A DNA stretch of 51,539 nucleotides, the filler included, from Basidioascus undulatus (taxonomy: Eukaryota): NCBI GenBank assembly GCA_000826855.1. It is 3 parts of 3 records of this genome, joined end to end, with 100 filler letters (N's around TTAATTAATTAA, not from the genome) between each part and the next. Parts side by side here need not be neighbours in the genome. Positions count along the whole stretch, not along the records: positions 36,887 to 51,539 come from JTLS01000705.1; 2 more parts are not named here. One strand, 5' to 3'. Positions 48,096 to 51,539 of this stretch are shown here, one piece after another (the first letter of the stretch is position 1; every line of letters begins with the position of its first letter). Below the pieces are notes generated by a model. The model worked only from the letters and a program-made list of their open reading frames with translations, had not been told where the DNA came from and made no database searches. Made by a program: the position numbers and the translations under genes.

Positions 48096-50353
48096 GCTGT
48101 TCCCCGCCGCCGTTACCCTCGGCTTTGTGTTCGGTTCGAATTTGACGGCAAAGCTGACTATAGGGCATGCCTGAATGTAACACCGCCGAACGGAAGAGTG
48201 TCTTTGGCTTGGCTTCGGTTTCCTGAGGTGGCCAGTTGGCGCTTCACGCACTTTTCCTCCTCGTTGAGTTCGTTGAAACTGGCACTCGACCTTGCACACA
48301 GGAGTCTTCCAAAAGCTCAGTAAATGCATGTGTTGACGGTCTGCAGAACGCTTTCATTTCGGTAAGATCGACAAATAGGTTCCCATGCAGCCGCTTTCTG
48401 CAACAGCCGCACATTGCCGGGACGACGCAACCCCGCGATGCAGAGATTCTCAGACCCAGCTGGATTGTACTGTTAAACTTTTGCGTACTAGCAAGATTCA
48501 AATGCCCGAGCGGCCAGTATGCGATGCAGCGAGCGACAATATCCGATCCGGCGCACCGCCGTCGCCTTTCACCTTCAGTCGCCGCCACCGCACTCAACCA
48601 TTCACCATCCCGGCCTGGCTCTTCTGCCTACCCACCCCTTTCCTTCCTCTGCCCCCCTTTGGCATCCCCTAATAGTAAGCCCCCATCCAGCATCCAGTCC
48701 GGCTGCGGATGCCTCCCCCCCTTTTTTTTCTTGCGGGCTCCGGTGGCCGGTGGGCGGCAAGGCGGGTCAGCGCGGGCGCAGGAGCCTGGGGCGGAGGTGT
48801 GATCCTGGCCGGGACCCCGCCGTATAAGGGTGTTTTCCGGGTTTCGAATCCCCGCCGTGATGGATGTTCCTCCAGTGCATCTCCTCCACACGACGCGCTG
48901 GCTCGCTGCGTGACATGTTGACTGTTCTGCGTAAAAACCTGCGATACTCGCTTGACGGGTAATTGGCTCGAGATATCCTGTAACTTTCCTAGATAGCGAT
49001 GGGCTGGGATGAATCCACGGAAGGGCGGAGGGAGAGGATGAGGGGGGAGGGGGGGGACGCCGAGCGTGGGTGTCAATGGCGGTGAGCGAGCCAACAGCTT
49101 GCCGGAGGATGGCCCTCTCAAACCGCCAAGCGGCGGGATGGACTCAATGGACTCGCTTCAACGGGGCACCTGCTGTCAACGTGCAGGACACAGGTCAGTT
49201 CTGGCATGAGAACAGGGCCATTGCACCGGGCAGGTGCTGCTTGCTTCCCTCAACGGTGACGCTCTAGTCCCAAGCTCCCATATACGGTGGACCTCATCCA
49301 CTGAAGTATTTTTCGGACTTCCACGACCAGTACACCATGACAATAGGGCAGTGACTGCTGGCTTCTCCCAGGCTCGAAACTTTCTTGATGTTGGCTTGGA
49401 CTGCTGGCTGCCGCCGCAGCTTCCACCTTCACTCCTCCCCATTCCGAAGTGTCGTTTAAACTACTAGCAAGTCTCAAGCCTCGCTGTCCGAGTATGTTTC
49501 AGCTCGGACGCTTTGACAGCATTCTCGCCGGCAATACCATGTCGGCTTGTTCCCACCGTTGACGGAGCAATGGGTCATCCCGCCCCGCGAGTGAGCCATT
49601 CTGTGGAAGCTCGGATCTTGAGGAATATGAAACATGTCCCAGCACTTCCCCATTGGCGAGATCTGCATGCGCTCGACTGGACAGATCCGCAAACCCGCTG
49701 CTTCCGGAAAATGCCAAGCAGGTCGCAGAATCCTCAGTGAGCATGTCAATGTTCACGGAATAGGATTTCCGTTGGATCCGGCGATATGTATAAATATTCT
49801 TCAGTCAAGAAAGGAAAGCACGTCGGCGGCGAGGACGGATGTCAGCGAGCAGAGTGTACAAACAACCCACGCACGCATTCGCTGCCAATCGCTATCGCGA
49901 TTCGCGATTCGCATTCTTGTATCTGCCTTGAGGCCGTGCTGAGCCTTGACAAGGTCCAGCTGCGCCAACCGAAAATGAGGACGTCTTCTCTTGGCAGTTC
50001 AGCTCACATCGCGCGCAAGTATTCGGAACGGCCCCCAGCCCACTTCCATTATGACACGTCCGGCACAGGGTGTATCTATGCGATGCATCGTGGCAAGCAG
50101 CCAAAACAAACAGCACCAAGTCATCAAAGCAAAAACATCGAGACGAGATATAAAGCGAAGTGGTGAAGGTGGTGATTTAAAGAAAAGCCAGAACGATACA
50201 ACAAGCAACGAATCGTCGTGTAGAGGAGCCAAGCACAGTCAGAGAAGCGGGAAACACGAAGCAGAGCAGATAGCGTAGAACAAAGTTGAAACGAAGGAAG
50301 AAAAGTAGTCCATGGGGAAATCAAAGTCAAATCAAAGTGTGGTCCGATAGGCA

Positions 50354-51539
50354 TCACTTGCGCCCTGGCTGGAGGGACGATGGCCTGGGCGCGGGCATGG
50401 GCAGGCGGCTCTGCATCGCATCCTGGACGGACGGTCGGCGCGGGAGGCTGCCCGTGCTGGACGCGCTCGTGCTTGTCGACGCGATGGAGTCGCTGCGCTT
50501 GGCGGTGGCGGTGCTCGTGGCGGCCGCGCGCGAGGTTGGAACGGGGATGGACGAGGGCGCGGGGGACATGCGCGCCTCGAGCGCTTGGGCCCAGAGCGGC
50601 TTGGGCGGGATCCGGCCGACGAGGGAGCGGAGCTCCTTGAGCCTGTGGTCGTCCAATGCACGCAATGTCAGTCATACGCAGAAGCGGAAGGGTGCAAGGA
50701 GGGGAGAGCACACGCACCAAGTCGCCTTGTCCTCGTCCGAGTCCGCGAAGAACGCGATGCCCTCGCCGTCGTCGAACACGATGCGGAACGAGCGCTCGAC
50801 GCCGTTCAAGTCGCTCCCGTCGTCGTCGTAGTACTTCCGGCCGGAGGTCGGCGAGACGTCCTGGCAGTCCTCGACGCTCACGGCCTTGGTCAGGTCGATC
50901 TGCGTGATGGGCTTGCGCGTGACATCGTTGAACGCGATGATCCGACCACCGACAAGCTGGAACAGACGACGCTTCCAGGACTGCCCCGGGGAATGAAGGA
51001 AGTCAGCGGGTGAGAGTGAGAAGGTAGAAAGGGAATGAGCGGACGCACGCTGCACCCTCCGCCGAGCTGGGTCAAGATGCCCGAGCACAGCTTCTTCTTG
51101 TGCCACTGGATCTCGCGCATAGCCTTGACGGTGTGGTCCAAGCACTGGGGCAAGTCCCTCTGGCGGACGCCGGGCAGGCTCGGGATCGCAAGCACATGGA
51201 GCACGAGCTTCCCGACGACACACTTGGTCGTGCCGCGGTGTGCGGCAGGGACGCCCAGGTCGCCGGCGCGGGCGCGCGCGAGGCTCGGCGAGTCCGCGGC
51301 GGCGCGCTGGCCATACAGGGGGAGGACGAGCTCGAGGACGCGGCCCTGACACTTGGGCGCGACGTCGGCGTACACGACGCGCGTCGCCGCGAACGTCCCG
51401 TCCTTGGCGAGGTAACGCTTGAGGGGCTCGACGGGCGGAGTTGGCGGCGGCGGCGGCGCAGCGGCGGTCGGCGCAGCTGCGGCGGCGGCGCGGAGCTTCT
51501 TGTCCTTTTTGGGAGAGCCGAAGAGCGAACGTAGACCGC
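50354..51539 (-). CDS. BUD4: Bud4/anillin-like septin-associated protein, C-terminal DUF1709 + PH domain (5' end outside the window)
   Basis: RYLAKDGTFA...LPQCLD...SGILTQLGGGCSSWKRRLFQLVGGRIIAFNDVTRKPITQIDL...VERSFRIVFDDGEGIAFFADSDEDKATW. Confidence 0.85.

Noticed and set aside
48790..48860. tRNA-like GGGTTTCGAATCCCC T-loop motif
   Set aside because: I could not fold an acceptor stem, D arm or anticodon arm; tRNAscan-SE would settle it.
1..51539. Prokaryotic systems (CRISPR, operons, defence islands), rRNA and intact transposons
   Set aside because: The sequence is spliceosomal-intron-rich eukaryotic DNA. No repeat-spacer arrays, rRNA motifs or transposase/RT/integrase motifs were recognised.

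Overview
Intron-rich, gene-dense fungal genomic DNA, most consistent with a basidiomycete (short GT/GC-AG introns with CTRAC-like branch points, GC-rich codons). It is not prokaryotic, so most six-frame ORFs are exon fragments or antisense shadows. I spliced the genes by hand. Recognisable genes, left to right: UVRAG/Vps38 (5' truncated), a small Gly/Tyr-rich protein, an SDR, a small predicted mitochondrial membrane protein, a ~700-aa Sfr1/Mei5 head-to-head with Pch2/TRIP13, a Pif1 helicase carrying an N-terminal RNase H1-type hybrid-binding domain, a 2OG-Fe(II) dioxygenase head-to-head with URC4/Urg3 (DUF1688), MSS1/MnmE head-to-head with calcineurin B, a peroxisomal ANT1-type carrier, GPR89/GPHR, NTA1 and Bud4/anillin (5' truncated). 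Between them lie several decaying genes (Trk K+ transporter, F-box, MYND finger, D-2-hydroxyacid dehydrogenase). Two 100-nt artificial spacers (N44-TTAATTAATTAA-N44) mean adjacency across 14722-14821 and 36787-36886 is unproven. The most notable candidate system is the HBD-Pif1 fusion, whose mitochondrial presequence and hybrid-binding domain lie upstream of the first clearly in-frame AUG, next to a meiotic recombination gene pair. All family calls come from motif recognition by eye; no database searches were run.
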